From: Methanocaldococcus sp. 16A
GTDB taxonomy: Archaea > AGJL01 > Methanococci > Methanococcales > Methanocaldococcaceae
Assembly (NCBI GenBank): GCA_049860595.1
Contig: CP187551.1
Strand: one strand, 5' to 3'
DNA length: 64,000 nt
The notes under the pieces: model-generated
What the model was told of the DNA's origin: nothing
The model's input: only the letters and a program-made list of their open reading frames with translations
The model's database searches: none
Position numbers and translations under genes: made by a program
In this document: in pieces, positions 43,320 to 55,281 of the stretch
How positions within the stretch are numbered: the stretch's first letter is position 1
Layout: each line of letters starts with the position of its first letter

Positions 43320-44624
43320 ATGGAACTTAATATAACTGGCTTTATTCCCAAACACATGGAAAATAGAGGAAAATTAACTTTAAAAGAAAATTTAAAAATT
43401 ATTGAAAACATCTTAGAGCAAAGAAAAGTTCCTGAAAATGGAATTGATGAAGAGCATATAAAATTTTTACTAAGAATTTTATCCTTTATGGATACGGATA
43501 AAGACCCAAGTGTTATACAAATTGGTGAGAGAGAGGCGAGAGTTTATACCAAACTACAAAGAGAAGGAGTTTTTGACTTCTGTCATGGAGTTGGAAGGAG
43601 TGGAAATTTAATAGATCCTCAACCAAAAGCACCTGGAGCAAGTGTGATGTATAAATTAACCAATAAATTGTTAGAAAGTTTTTTAAAAACTTTAGGATTG
43701 AAAGTTAAAGCAATAGCAACACCTGTAGCTACAGGAATGAGTATTGCTCTATGCTTATCAGCAGCAAGGAAAAAATACAATTCAAATGTTGTTATCTATC
43801 CCTATGCAGCTCATAAAAGCCCTATAAAAGCAACTTCTTTTATAGGAATGAGGATGAGATTGGTTGAGACAGTTTTGGATGGGGATATTGTTAAAGTTGA
43901 AGTTTCAGATATTGAAGATGCCATAAGAAAAGAAATTAATAATAAAAATAACCCAGTAGTTTTAAGCACTTTAACTTTTTTCCCACCAAGAAAGAGTGAT
44001 GATATTGAAGAAATTGCAAAAATATGCCAAGAATATAATATCCCACATATAATAAATGGAGCTTATGCCATTCAAAACTTCTATTATATCGAAAAGTTGA
44101 AAAAAGCTTTAAAATATAGAATTGATGCTGTAGTTAGCTCATCTGATAAAAATCTATTTACTCCAATTGGTGGAGGAATAATTTATACAAAGGATGAGAG
44201 TTTTTTAAAAGAAATTTCCTTAACTTATCCAGGAAGAGCCTCAGCAAATCCAATTGTAAATATTTTAATTTCTCTCTTAGCAATAGGAATTAAAAACTAT
44301 ATAGATTTAATGAAAGAACAAAAAGAATGTAAAAAGCTATTGGATGAATTATTAGAAGATTTAGCTAATAAAAAAGGAGAGAAGGTTTTGAATGTAGAAA
44401 ATCCTATTTCATCATGCATAACAACAAAAAAAGACCCATTAGATGTTGCTGGTAAGCTTTACAATTTAAGAGTTACTGGACCGAGAGGTGTGAGAAAGAA
44501 TGACAAATTTGGGACCTGTTATTTAAAAGAGTATCCTTATGATTATATAGTTGTAAATTCAGCTATTGGAGTTAAAAAAGAGGACATCTACAAAGTTATT
44601 GAGAAATTAGATGAAGTTTTATAA
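43320..44624 (+). CDS. spcS: O-phosphoseryl-tRNA(Sec) selenium transferase (SepSecS)
   Basis: GEREAR, HGVGRSG..QPKAPG, SSDKN, YPGRAS. Confidence 0.95.
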   Translation: MELNITGFIPKHMENRGKLTLKENLKIIENILEQRKVPENGIDEEHIKFLLRILSFMDTDKDPSVIQIGEREARVYTKLQREGVFDFCHGVGRSGNLIDPQPKAPGASVMYKLTNKLLESFLKTLGLKVKAIATPVATGMSIALCLSAARKKYNSNVVIYPYAAHKSPIKATSFIGMRMRLVETVLDGDIVKVEVSDIEDAIRKEINNKNNPVVLSTLTFFPPRKSDDIEEIAKICQEYNIPHIINGAYAIQNFYYIEKLKKALKYRIDAVVSSSDKNLFTPIGGGIIYTKDESFLKEISLTYPGRASANPIVNILISLLAIGIKNYIDLMKEQKECKKLLDELLEDLANKKGEKVLNVENPISSCITTKKDPLDVAGKLYNLRVTGPRGVRKNDKFGTCYLKEYPYDYIVVNSAIGVKKEDIYKVIEKLDEVL

Positions 44625-44779
44625 ACTGTAGGAGGTCGTGCTGTATCGTGGTCATCTTCATTGAGCAAAAGCTCTCTCCCACGACTCGCCCTGACCTCCT
44701 TTACTGTTCCCCCAACTTCGAACCCGCTATCATCGCAACCTCTATGGATATGCTCCATGTGGGTCGGTTCGTTGGGGAT
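44624..44779 (-). ncRNA. Two-hairpin archaeal box H/ACA guide RNA
   Basis: GC-rich; stems CCCCAAC/GTTGGGG and AGGAGGTC/GACCTCCT each followed by ACA; GA/GA K-turn-like motifs; TATA ~44800-44808 on minus. Confidence 0.85.
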
Positions 44780-44840
44780 AAATATATATCTTTAAGCAGT
44801 TATATAAAATTTAGCTAAACAAGATTATGAAGGTGAGAGA

Positions 44841-45764
44841 GTGAGATACGTAGTAGGGCACAAAAATCCAGATACTGACAGTATAGCATCAGCTATTGTT
44901 TTAGCTTACTTCTTAGATTGTTATCCTGCAAGATTGGGAGATATAAATCCAGAAACAGAGTTTGTTTTAAGAAAATTTGGAGTTATGGAGCCAGAGTTAA
45001 TAACATCAGCTAAGGGCAAAGAAATAATTTTAGTTGACCACTCAGAAAAGAGCCAAAGCTTTGATGATTTAGAAGAAGGGAAGTTAATAGCTGTTATAGA
45101 CCACCACAAAGTTGGTTTAACAACAGCTGAGCCAATTTTATACTATGCTAAGCCAGTTGGTTCAACAGCAACAGTTATAGCAGAACTCTACTTCAAAGAT
45201 GCCATTGAGTTAATTGGTGGGAAAAAGAAAAAATTAGGAGCAGATTTAGCTGGTTTATTATTGAGTGCAATAATATCAGATACAGTTTTGTTTAAATCAC
45301 CAACGACAACAGAATTAGATAAAGAGATGGCTAAGAAGTTAGCTGAGATTGCTGGAATAAGCAATATAGAAGAGTTTGGTATGGAAATTTTAAAGGCTAA
45401 GTCAGTTGTTGGTAAATTGAAACCAGAAGAAATTATTAATATGGACTTCAAAAACTTTGATTTCAATGGAAAGAAGGTTGGAATTGGGCAGGTAGAGGTT
45501 ATAGATGTCAGTGAGGTTGAGAGTAAAAAAGAAGATATATATAAATTATTAGAGGAGAAGTTGAAAAATGAGGGCTATGATTTGATTGTCTTTTTGATAA
45601 CTGATATTATGAAAGAAGGTAGTGAGGCATTGGTTGTTGGTAATAAGGAGATGTTTGAGAAAGCATTTAATGTTAAAGTTGAAGGAAACAGTGTATTCTT
45701 AGAAGGAGTAATGTCAAGAAAGAAACAGGTTGTTCCTCCATTAGAAAAGGCATACAACGAGTAA
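44841..45764 (+). CDS. ppaC: Mn-dependent inorganic pyrophosphatase (family II)
   Basis: GHKNPDTD, VDH, IDHH, SRKKQ. Confidence 0.96.
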   Translation: MRYVVGHKNPDTDSIASAIVLAYFLDCYPARLGDINPETEFVLRKFGVMEPELITSAKGKEIILVDHSEKSQSFDDLEEGKLIAVIDHHKVGLTTAEPILYYAKPVGSTATVIAELYFKDAIELIGGKKKKLGADLAGLLLSAIISDTVLFKSPTTTELDKEMAKKLAEIAGISNIEEFGMEILKAKSVVGKLKPEEIINMDFKNFDFNGKKVGIGQVEVIDVSEVESKKEDIYKLLEEKLKNEGYDLIVFLITDIMKEGSEALVVGNKEMFEKAFNVKVEGNSVFLEGVMSRKKQVVPPLEKAYNE

Positions 45765-45827
45765 AATTATATTATAAATTTTAATTTTATTTTAATTTTT
45801 TGTTTTAATTAGTAAAAAGGGATGTAT

Positions 45828-46067
45828 ATGCATTACTCTATAATAAAACCAATATGCAAAAAAGAAGTTATTGAGATAGATAAAGGTTCATTAAAGACAA
45901 AAAGAAAGTTTGCATTTTTGCTTGAAGTTGGAGATAAAATATTAAAAAATAAAGAATTTTGGGCTAATGAAGATGTTGAGATTGTAGTAGATTACTCTTT
46001 TACAAATTCTAAAAGACCTAAGGAGAAGATAGAGATTTATACAATAGAAAATATAGAGAGGGAATAA
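45828..46067 (+). CDS. Hypothetical protein
   Basis: ORF with GGGA RBS, coupled to the next gene. Confidence 0.7.
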   Translation: MHYSIIKPICKKEVIEIDKGSLKTKRKFAFLLEVGDKILKNKEFWANEDVEIVVDYSFTNSKRPKEKIEIYTIENIERE

Positions 46068-46068
46068 T

Positions 46069-46344
46069 ATGGATTTAGAAGGAAAATGTTGTTTAATTCA
46101 TGCTATTGGTGGAATTATTTTTGGTTATTTTGCTAATTATGTATATACATCAGGTTTAGGAATGTTTAGCGGAATTACCACTTTAATATTTTTATTTATT
46201 GGAGCTGTAATTTTTGGACACATTTCTGCTAAAGTATTTGGAGAAGAGAGTTTAACTCAAAAACAGTGGCTTGGCTGTGGAGTATTACCATTTTTTTTAG
46301 TAGGTATTGTAGTCTGGATATTGAAGTTTAACGGGCTAATTTAA
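46069..46344 (+). CDS. Small 3-TM membrane protein, EMC6-like
   Basis: Three hydrophobic helices, KQWLGCGVLPF..W motif. Confidence 0.65.
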   Translation: MDLEGKCCLIHAIGGIIFGYFANYVYTSGLGMFSGITTLIFLFIGAVIFGHISAKVFGEESLTQKQWLGCGVLPFFLVGIVVWILKFNGLI

Positions 46345-46441
46345 AATAGGACTTTCGCAGGGATGAATATTTTTATTGAAGAAGGACACCTTTAAGGTGT
46401 CTTAATTCCAAAATTAATATATAAATTGCGAAAGTCCTATT
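46345..46441 (-). repeat. Family A repeat, followed by a partial copy (46443-46480)
   Basis: AATAGGACTTTCGCA...TGCGAAAGTCCTATT perfect 15-bp TIR; GACACCTTTAAGGTGTC hairpin. Confidence 0.92.
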
Positions 46442-46519
46442 TAATAGGACTTTTAAAGAAGAAATATTTTTATTGGGAATAAGATTTCTATTAAAAGTAA
46501 AAATTATATGGTGGAAATT

Positions 46520-47800
46520 ATGGTTTTAAAAATGGATAAGTCAAAAGAATTATTTGAAGAGGCAAAAAAATACTTAGTTGGAGGAGTTAATAGTCCAGTT
46601 AGATACTTTAAGCCATATCCATTTTTTGTTGAGAGAGCTAAAGATTGTTATTTATTTGACGTTGATGGAAACTGCTACATAGATTACTGTTTAGCGTATG
46701 GTCCTATGGTTTTAGGTCATGCAAATGAAAAGATTATTGAAGCTGTTAAAGAGCAACTTGAATTAGGTAGTGCTTATGGATGTCCTACAGAGAAAGAGAT
46801 TATTTTAGCTAAGGAAGTTATTAAGAGGGTTCCATGCGCGGAGATGGTGAGATTTGTCAATTCTGGAACAGAGGCAACAATGTCAGCAATAAGATTGGCA
46901 AGAGGAGTTACTGGAAGAAAAAAGATTATAAAATTTGATGGAGCTTATCATGGAGCTCATGATTATGTTTTAGTTAAGAGTGGTAGTGGAGCTTTAACTC
47001 ATGGACATCCAAACTCTCCAGGAATTCCAGAAGAAACAACAAAAAATACTATTTTAATTCCATTTAATGATGAAGATGCAGTAAAAAAAGCAATAAATGA
47101 AAATAAAGATGAGATTGCCTGTATTATAGTTGAGCCAGTAATGGGGAATGTTGGATGTATCTTACCAAAAGAAGGTTATTTAGAATTTTTGAGAGAAATA
47201 ACTGAGGAAAATGACATTTTATTAATATTTGATGAAGTTATAACTGGGTTTAGATTAGCAAAAGGAGGAGCTCAGGAATATTTTGGAGTAGTTCCTGATA
47301 TAGCTACTTTGGGTAAAATATTGGGTGGAGGGTTTCCAATTGGTGCTATTGTTGGGAAAAAAGAGATTATGGAGCAGTTCTCTCCATTAGGTCCAATATA
47401 TCAAGCAGGAACATTCAACGGAAATCCAATATCAATAACTGCTGGAATTGCTACACTTGAGCAATTGGATGATAAATTTTATAGAGAAACATCAAGAACG
47501 GCTAAGATATTGGCAGACACTTTAAGAGAGTTAGCTGATAAATACAATATTAAGGCAAAGGTTTATAACATTGCTTCAATGTTCCAAATATACTTCAATG
47601 AAAATGAGGTTTTAAATTATGAAATAGCTAAGCAGAGTGATGTTGAGAGATTTATGAAATACTTCTGGGGATTATTGGAGAGAGGCGTTTTTGTTCCTCC
47701 TTCACAATTTGAATGTTGCTTTACATCAATAAAACATAATGATGAAGTTGTAGATAAGACAATAAAGGCTATGGAAGATGTTTTTAAGGGATTAGAGTAA
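46520..47800 (+). CDS. hemL: Glutamate-1-semialdehyde 2,1-aminomutase
   Basis: [32 protein letters not shown]. Confidence 0.97.
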   Translation: MVLKMDKSKELFEEAKKYLVGGVNSPVRYFKPYPFFVERAKDCYLFDVDGNCYIDYCLAYGPMVLGHANEKIIEAVKEQLELGSAYGCPTEKEIILAKEVIKRVPCAEMVRFVNSGTEATMSAIRLARGVTGRKKIIKFDGAYHGAHDYVLVKSGSGALTHGHPNSPGIPEETTKNTILIPFNDEDAVKKAINENKDEIACIIVEPVMGNVGCILPKEGYLEFLREITEENDILLIFDEVITGFRLAKGGAQEYFGVVPDIATLGKILGGGFPIGAIVGKKEIMEQFSPLGPIYQAGTFNGNPISITAGIATLEQLDDKFYRETSRTAKILADTLRELADKYNIKAKVYNIASMFQIYFNENEVLNYEIAKQSDVERFMKYFWGLLERGVFVPPSQFECCFTSIKHNDEVVDKTIKAMEDVFKGLE

Positions 47801-47892
47801 ATCACGACATTCAAAATATTCAAGACATCTAAATTTGAGTACTGACAGTGTGATTTAACGATATCGAACATAAAACCAAAAAATAGAAATAG

Positions 47893-48006
47893 ATGAAACT
47901 TAAATTAAAGTTTATTACGAATAAAAAGAATTGAAGTGGGCATTTAATGGGTAAAGCTATGAGAGAAATCCCTGAGGAGGATTATAAGTTGATTGTAGGT
48001 GAATAA
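47893..48006 (+). pseudogene. C-terminal remnant of an EVE-domain (UPF0310-type) gene
   Basis: [36 protein letters not shown] matches the EVE C-terminus LxFIxNKxxWS.H..GKAMRExPEEDY; TGA at the Trp position. Confidence 0.75.
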
Positions 48007-48012
48007 GAAATA

Positions 48013-50859
48013 TTAATTACCCTCATCAGTATAATAATTAGATTTTATGAAGTTTTGAATGAATTGTTTTAAATCTTTTAGTTTTTCATTTACTAAGTCT
48101 TCTGAAGCATTTATAGCGATTATATAAGCAATTTCTGTCTTATTATCTATATTTTTTGGTATATCTACTTCTTTACTAAATTCTTTATTTAGAAAATCAG
48201 TCCAATCATAATCAGGACATGCATAAATATAATATTCGTCTCGCAATTTTTCAGCAATTTTATCATAAACAGGTTTTATACATTTCTCCACAATTTCATC
48301 TCTATTTTTAATTGTGTTTGGTAGTTTAAGACTTTCTTTAATTTTATTAATGTATTCATCATTTAACCAATCTGGTGAATAGAGTTCCTTAAGATTTTTA
48401 AGTATTATTGGCATACTTATTTTGTTCTTATCTTTACTACTATTTTCGTTCGTATAAAAATTAAATGCCGTGTCTCCATCACAAACAATACAATATGGAA
48501 TGTTTAAAGAATCCATTAGTTTCATATATTTTTTAAATCCATTCTTGCCGCCGACATTTATAATTTCTATGTTATATTTTTCGAGTGGATTGTTGTATTT
48601 TTCATCTTCAAATTTAAATTTTCTTATTAATATTGGAAGAGTTATCAACTCTGAAATTCCTTCTACCAATATTACACCATTTGCAAAAAGTGAGGGAATT
48701 AATCTATCATTTTCTTCAAACATTTTTTTCATCATGTTTATATTTGTGCTTGTGGTGATGTATGAAATATCATCATTTTTTTTAATTTTAGGAATTTTTG
48801 AATATATTTCTTCTAAAATCTCATTAAGATTAATTTTGTAGATTCCATTACAAAAATTATCAATATATTCCTGACATTTTTTTATTAAGTCATCATATTT
48901 TCCATCTTTATTAGATACCTTCTTTAAATAACCTATCTTACCATTTAATTCATTGAATTTTATAAACTGTTTTTCTAAAAATTCAAGTTCATTTAAATCT
49001 AATTCGTCTAAATTAATGTTTATTTTTCTACCTAAACGACTTTCAAAGTTTGATAAATCCTTTTCTAATTTTTGCTTAATATCCTCTTTAATAAATTCAA
49101 AGAATACTCTATATATATTTACTAACTTTGTAGCTCCATTTTCTTTATCTTTATAAAATCTAAAAGTATGTTTTAATAATTCAGAATCTACAAAATAGGG
49201 TGAGTGGGTTATTATTATAATTTGGTTACCCCCATTTTCATTTAAATTTAACTTTTTAAAATCTTCCAATAATCTTTTCTGATAAATTGGATGTAAATGT
49301 AGTGCTGGCTCATCTAATAAAATAACTTTATTTTTATTTCCAACGACTACAGCCAAAATATTTAAAACTTCAAAAATACCTGAACCTACTCTATCAATAG
49401 GTAGTTGCTTAGAATCTTTTGATTGAATATCATATGTAATAAAAATTTCTGGATAGCCATTATGATTAACTACATCGAAATCTATGTTTTCAGTAGCAAA
49501 AATTTCTTGAAAATATTTTCTAATATCTTTATATTTGTTTCTAATATCTAATTCATGGGAATTTTTTAAATAAAACAAATATTTTGCCAAATCTTTTCCA
49601 TTCCCATAATAGGCATTAAATCCATACCCATAAGTAGGTATTTTTCGTATAGCCTCTGTTACTTTACTTAACTTATCTACAGATACCTTAATATCTGATG
49701 TTGGAGGAATCCACAACTTTAATCCTTTTATTAATGATTTAACATCTTCAGAAAGGTCTTTAGGATATCCCCTAACTTCTTCAAATTTTATAATTGCTTT
49801 ATCAAAGAGTTTTAGTATAAAATAATGAAATAATAACGAATTAGGAAATTTAAATTCTATATTTAGATATTCAAAGATTCTTTTTATTTTCTCATATATC
49901 TCACTGTCTAACGGATTTTCATTTACATAATTTGTAATTTTCTCATAATTTATGTAACTATTCTGTCCTAAGTAAAATAAGCCCAATGCTAATAATAATG
50001 CATATAGTAATCTAAAATGCTTTATTGTTTGATATTTTTCTTCTAAAAATCTGTATCCATTATCACTATCAATAAATTCACGCAAATAATCACATAAAAT
50101 ATCTTTATTTTGACCATTATTGAAATCGGAAATAAACAATATATTGTTGGTTTTATCCACAATATAATACAAATTATAACTCATTACTACGTTTAAAAAC
50201 TTATTTAAACTCTTAAAATATTTTCCATCATTATTTTCAAATTCTTTATACTTCTGAGGATTAGGTTTCTTAGATAATATCTCATTAAATGTTTTTTTAT
50301 TAACTAAAAATTCATACCATTTCATATCATCCTCAATATCAGATAGTGATAGTCCCCACTTAGATAACTCATTTTTTAATTCTTTAGATATTTCAATTAA
50401 CTTATTAATAGAAACTTTGTAATATGGATGTATTATACCTGTAGGATTTCCGTGATATTCCCAAATTATCTGCCCTTTTGAGAATACATCTATTAATTCA
50501 TCAAAAACATTAAAATTTAATTTATTGCAGATTTCTAAGAATGTTTCTATGGAATTAGAACCTGTAGATTTAAAAAATCCTTCAAAATAATCTTTTAGTA
50601 AATTTTTCTCCAAATCATCAAATTCAATATCTACAACAATTTTAGCAAATCTATTACTATCATTATGTAAATAATTTGGGACATCTTCGGCTTTTATTCT
50701 ATTATTTATCACATCCTTTAAAAACTCAAGAACTCTAAATAGATTTGATTTTCCAGCATTATTTGGACCTACTATAACAGCAATATTGCCCTCATTAAAT
50801 TCAATCTTAAATTCATCATAAGAAAATAAGTTATTAACTTCAATAGCCTTAATCTTCAT
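48013..50859 (-). CDS. OLD-family ATP-dependent nuclease (ABC ATPase + TOPRIM)
   Basis: GPNNAGKS, ILLDEPALHLHP, ITHSP, ILVEG..E, GGK, CDGD. Confidence 0.88.
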   Translation of the reverse strand: MKIKAIEVNNLFSYDEFKIEFNEGNIAVIVGPNNAGKSNLFRVLEFLKDVINNRIKAEDVPNYLHNDSNRFAKIVVDIEFDDLEKNLLKDYFEGFFKSTGSNSIETFLEICNKLNFNVFDELIDVFSKGQIIWEYHGNPTGIIHPYYKVSINKLIEISKELKNELSKWGLSLSDIEDDMKWYEFLVNKKTFNEILSKKPNPQKYKEFENNDGKYFKSLNKFLNVVMSYNLYYIVDKTNNILFISDFNNGQNKDILCDYLREFIDSDNGYRFLEEKYQTIKHFRLLYALLLALGLFYLGQNSYINYEKITNYVNENPLDSEIYEKIKRIFEYLNIEFKFPNSLLFHYFILKLFDKAIIKFEEVRGYPKDLSEDVKSLIKGLKLWIPPTSDIKVSVDKLSKVTEAIRKIPTYGYGFNAYYGNGKDLAKYLFYLKNSHELDIRNKYKDIRKYFQEIFATENIDFDVVNHNGYPEIFITYDIQSKDSKQLPIDRVGSGIFEVLNILAVVVGNKNKVILLDEPALHLHPIYQKRLLEDFKKLNLNENGGNQIIIITHSPYFVDSELLKHTFRFYKDKENGATKLVNIYRVFFEFIKEDIKQKLEKDLSNFESRLGRKININLDELDLNELEFLEKQFIKFNELNGKIGYLKKVSNKDGKYDDLIKKCQEYIDNFCNGIYKINLNEILEEIYSKIPKIKKNDDISYITTSTNINMMKKMFEENDRLIPSLFANGVILVEGISELITLPILIRKFKFEDEKYNNPLEKYNIEIINVGGKNGFKKYMKLMDSLNIPYCIVCDGDTAFNFYTNENSSKDKNKISMPIILKNLKELYSPDWLNDEYINKIKESLKLPNTIKNRDEIVEKCIKPVYDKIAEKLRDEYYIYACPDYDWTDFLNKEFSKEVDIPKNIDNKTEIAYIIAINASEDLVNEKLKDLKQFIQNFIKSNYYTDEGN

Positions 50860-51056
50860 AAAAATTCACCATATTTTTTAGGTTATTGCATTTTCCTTAA
50901 TATTACAATTTTGAACTGTTGATTAATTATATTGCTTTTTAAAAATATTTAAAAATAATCCTACACATAACTAAAAAATAAAACAATTATATATTATCTA
51001 AACTACCACATTTTCATAATAAGTTATTAACTCTTTAATAAGATGAAGTGATTCAA

Positions 51057-51842
51057 ATGTTATTAGAAAAGAGCAAAATAGAAATTATAGAGCAATTTAT
51101 TCATATCTTAGAAATCTTAGACATGTATGCAAAAGAAGGAAGTGATGAGAAGGCAATTATAAGATTGATGTTAGATTACCTTGAAAAAGGACATGTTTTA
51201 GATGAAGATATTATTCCAATAGCAAGTAAAATTTCGGAAATAGCTAAAAAAGTTGGTAGTTTTGACATGAAAAGAGAGATAAACCTTTTACTATTTGGAG
51301 AGAAAGTAAGATTAACAAAATCCCAAAAAAACAAAATAAAAAAGATTATTGAAATTTTAGAGTATTTAAAAGGTTATATAGAGAAAAAGCCATACAAATC
51401 TTATGAAGACAGGCATATTTTAAATCTAATTGGTTTAAAAATTTTAAGGCTGGATGAAGGAATTGTTTTAGATTATAATTCAGAAGTTAGGAGCTTAACC
51501 AATATGGCTTTAAGAGTGGGAAGTTATGAATTAAAAAATGAAATTGAGTTATTATTAACTGGAAGAAGAAGGAGGAAATTAACAGAAGAATTTATACAAA
51601 AGAGAATATCAATTATAGAGATTTTAGAAATGGTTAAAGACTTTATAGACAAAAAAGAATTTAAATCATCTTTTGACTATGAAGCACTCTTCTTAATAAA
51701 TTTGAAGATTCATAGAATTGAAGAAGGAATTTTAAAAAATTTTGATGAAGAAGTAGAATCAATTTTAAGCATAGCAAGAAAAGTAGGAAATCACAAATTG
51801 AGGGAGAAAATTGTTTTATTAAAAGAGAGTATAAAGAACTAA
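51057..51842 (+). CDS. Hypothetical helical protein with three ~88-aa internal repeats
   Basis: Repeated I.EILE...G......IA.KVG...LK.EI.LL. Confidence 0.8.
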   Translation: MLLEKSKIEIIEQFIHILEILDMYAKEGSDEKAIIRLMLDYLEKGHVLDEDIIPIASKISEIAKKVGSFDMKREINLLLFGEKVRLTKSQKNKIKKIIEILEYLKGYIEKKPYKSYEDRHILNLIGLKILRLDEGIVLDYNSEVRSLTNMALRVGSYELKNEIELLLTGRRRRKLTEEFIQKRISIIEILEMVKDFIDKKEFKSSFDYEALFLINLKIHRIEEGILKNFDEEVESILSIARKVGNHKLREKIVLLKESIKN

Positions 51843-51859
51843 AATAGAATTTTTACATT

Positions 51860-51885
51860 TTATTTATTCCTATAAAAGTCCTATT
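51860..51885 (+). repeat. Terminal fragment of a family A repeat
   Basis: TATTTATTCCTATAAAAGTCCTATT resembles TATTCCTGCGAAAGTCCTATT. Confidence 0.45.
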
Positions 51886-51888
51886 AAA

Positions 51889-53715
<1,827 letters not shown>

Positions 53716-53726
<11 letters not shown>

Positions 53727-54141
53727 TTTCTCTCTCCTTTTCAATATATTTCTCAATAACTTTTGGAGAGACTCTTGTTTGAATACCTAATCTCTCTAAG
53801 ATTATATTGTTTAAAATAGCTTTAAGTATTTCTTTTCCTTCTTTGGATTCAGTTATTTCATTTAATTTTCTTGTAGTTGCAGGGGATTTTAGCTTTTTTA
53901 AAACTTCTGCTATCTCTTCTTCTGTAATTCTACCCTTTTTCTTCTGATATATTTCATCAGCTATTTTATACAACTTATTCATATCAAATGGTAAATATTC
54001 AGGGATTTTATTTAAAACTGTCTCATCTATAGATGCCAATAATCTTGCTATCTCAATATCTTCAATATTTTCATCTATTTTCAATTTTTTTACTACAAAC
54101 CATTTTTTATGTTTTGCTATAAACTCAATTTTATCCTCCAT
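53716..54141 (-). CDS. Conserved hypothetical protein (DUF2666-like)
   Basis: IEFIAKHKKW.VVKKL..EIARLLASI; GGTGA RBS. Confidence 0.75.
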
Positions 54142-54233
54142 AATCTCACCAAAATAGAATTTACTTTAAGTATGGAAAAAGAATAATCTAACAAAATAAA
54201 AAAATAAAAATTATAAAAAATATATTTTTTATC

Positions 54234-54461
54234 TTATGCAGTGACTAATCTCTTCAAAATAGGGTCGGTTACATCTTCTGGGCTTATCTCTTCTATATTT
54301 AATATTTTTATTTTTGACCTCTTAACTTTGTATCTTCCACCAAATTCAGAGTATAAAATCTCTAAAGCATGCTCTGGCTTTAAAGCTTTGTATTCTTTTC
54401 TGAAGAGCATTGGTTCTCCTTTTCTTAATATTTTTCCTGTTATTCTGAATATCTTAGCCAA
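54234..54461 (-). CDS. rpl18a: 50S ribosomal protein eL20 (L18Ae/LX)
   Basis: FRKEYKALK..ALEILYSEFGG..KVKR; TTG start after GGAGGTG. Confidence 0.92.
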   Translation of the reverse strand: MAKIFRITGKILRKGEPMLFRKEYKALKPEHALEILYSEFGGRYKVKRSKIKILNIEEISPEDVTDPILKRLVTA

Positions 54462-54510
54462 ATTACCACCTCCTTTTATCAATCTTTATCATTAAAAGAG
54501 TTTAGGTAGT

Positions 54511-54753
54511 TTATTCTTTACAAATCTTATAAATGTTTTGTGCTACACCTATCCATCTTAAGTAAGAGTAGATAGATGCCTTTAATATAGAAATATCTTC
54601 AGCTTTAACATTTATCTTTATTACATTTTTATTTATTTCCATTGTAGCAGAGGATTTTATTTGAGATGTTAAATGTTCTAAAAATATAGATTTATAAATA
54701 GTTTCTGCCTCTTCCTCACTATTGAATTCTAATATCAGTTCAAAAGAATTCAT
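54511..54753 (-). CDS. pcc1: KEOPS subunit Pcc1
   Basis: AED..LKASIYSYLRWI; conserved operon position. Confidence 0.88.
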   Translation of the reverse strand: MNSFELILEFNSEEEAETIYKSIFLEHLTSQIKSSATMEINKNVIKINVKAEDISILKASIYSYLRWIGVAQNIYKICKE

Positions 54754-54770
54754 AAAAATCCCCATAACAT

Positions 54771-55280
54771 TTAGAAAAGGCTGTCAAATAGTTTAATAGA
54801 CTTTACTCTAATTAAAGGACCTATTTTAACTCTTCCCTTATAGAATTGGATAGCAAATAGATATTTTGGGTCTCTCTCCAATCTTAATGTTATATTGCTA
54901 TCTTCATCAATATTTAAATATTGGAACAAAAATTCATCATAAATTTCATAATGTTTTTGGAACTCTTCATTATCTTTAAGCTCTTTGCTAATCTTTATTT
55001 TTATTCCATCATCATTGTATATTTTCTCTCCACAAACTTCTCTCTGTAACTTAACAGAAATAAAGCTTGACAACCTTCTCTCATTTTCAACATCATAAAC
55101 TACTAAAGTTCCAGGGTTAGCTTTAAATTCTCCAATTAAAAGAACATGCTTGTCCATTTCAAAAATCTCTTTTAATGAAAGCTTCCCTCTTTGGACATAA
55201 GGTAAATTTAAGGTTCTCTCTAAATCTCTGACAAAACTTCTTGTTCTTTGAGAAGGTTTTCTTGAGGTTGTGAGTATCAT
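54771..55280 (-). CDS. Brix/Imp4 ribosome biogenesis protein
   Basis: [22 protein letters not shown]. Confidence 0.92.
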   Translation of the reverse strand: MILTTSRKPSQRTRSFVRDLERTLNLPYVQRGKLSLKEIFEMDKHVLLIGEFKANPGTLVVYDVENERRLSSFISVKLQREVCGEKIYNDDGIKIKISKELKDNEEFQKHYEIYDEFLFQYLNIDEDSNITLRLERDPKYLFAIQFYKGRVKIGPLIRVKSIKLFDSLF

Positions 55281-55281
55281 T

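Noticed and set aside
44624-44779. Possible 5S rRNA, tRNA(Sec) or SECIS next to spcS
   Set aside because: No cloverleaf, 5S motifs or GAA/A SECIS geometry, and spcS has no in-frame TGA; the H/ACA architecture fits better
47932-47934. In-frame TGA in the EVE fragment read as selenocysteine
   Set aside because: It aligns with a conserved Trp (TGG to TGA), no SECIS follows, and the N-terminal ~100 aa are missing
48013-50859. Complete Gabija or retron system
   Set aside because: No UvrD-like GajB or reverse transcriptase gene is adjacent
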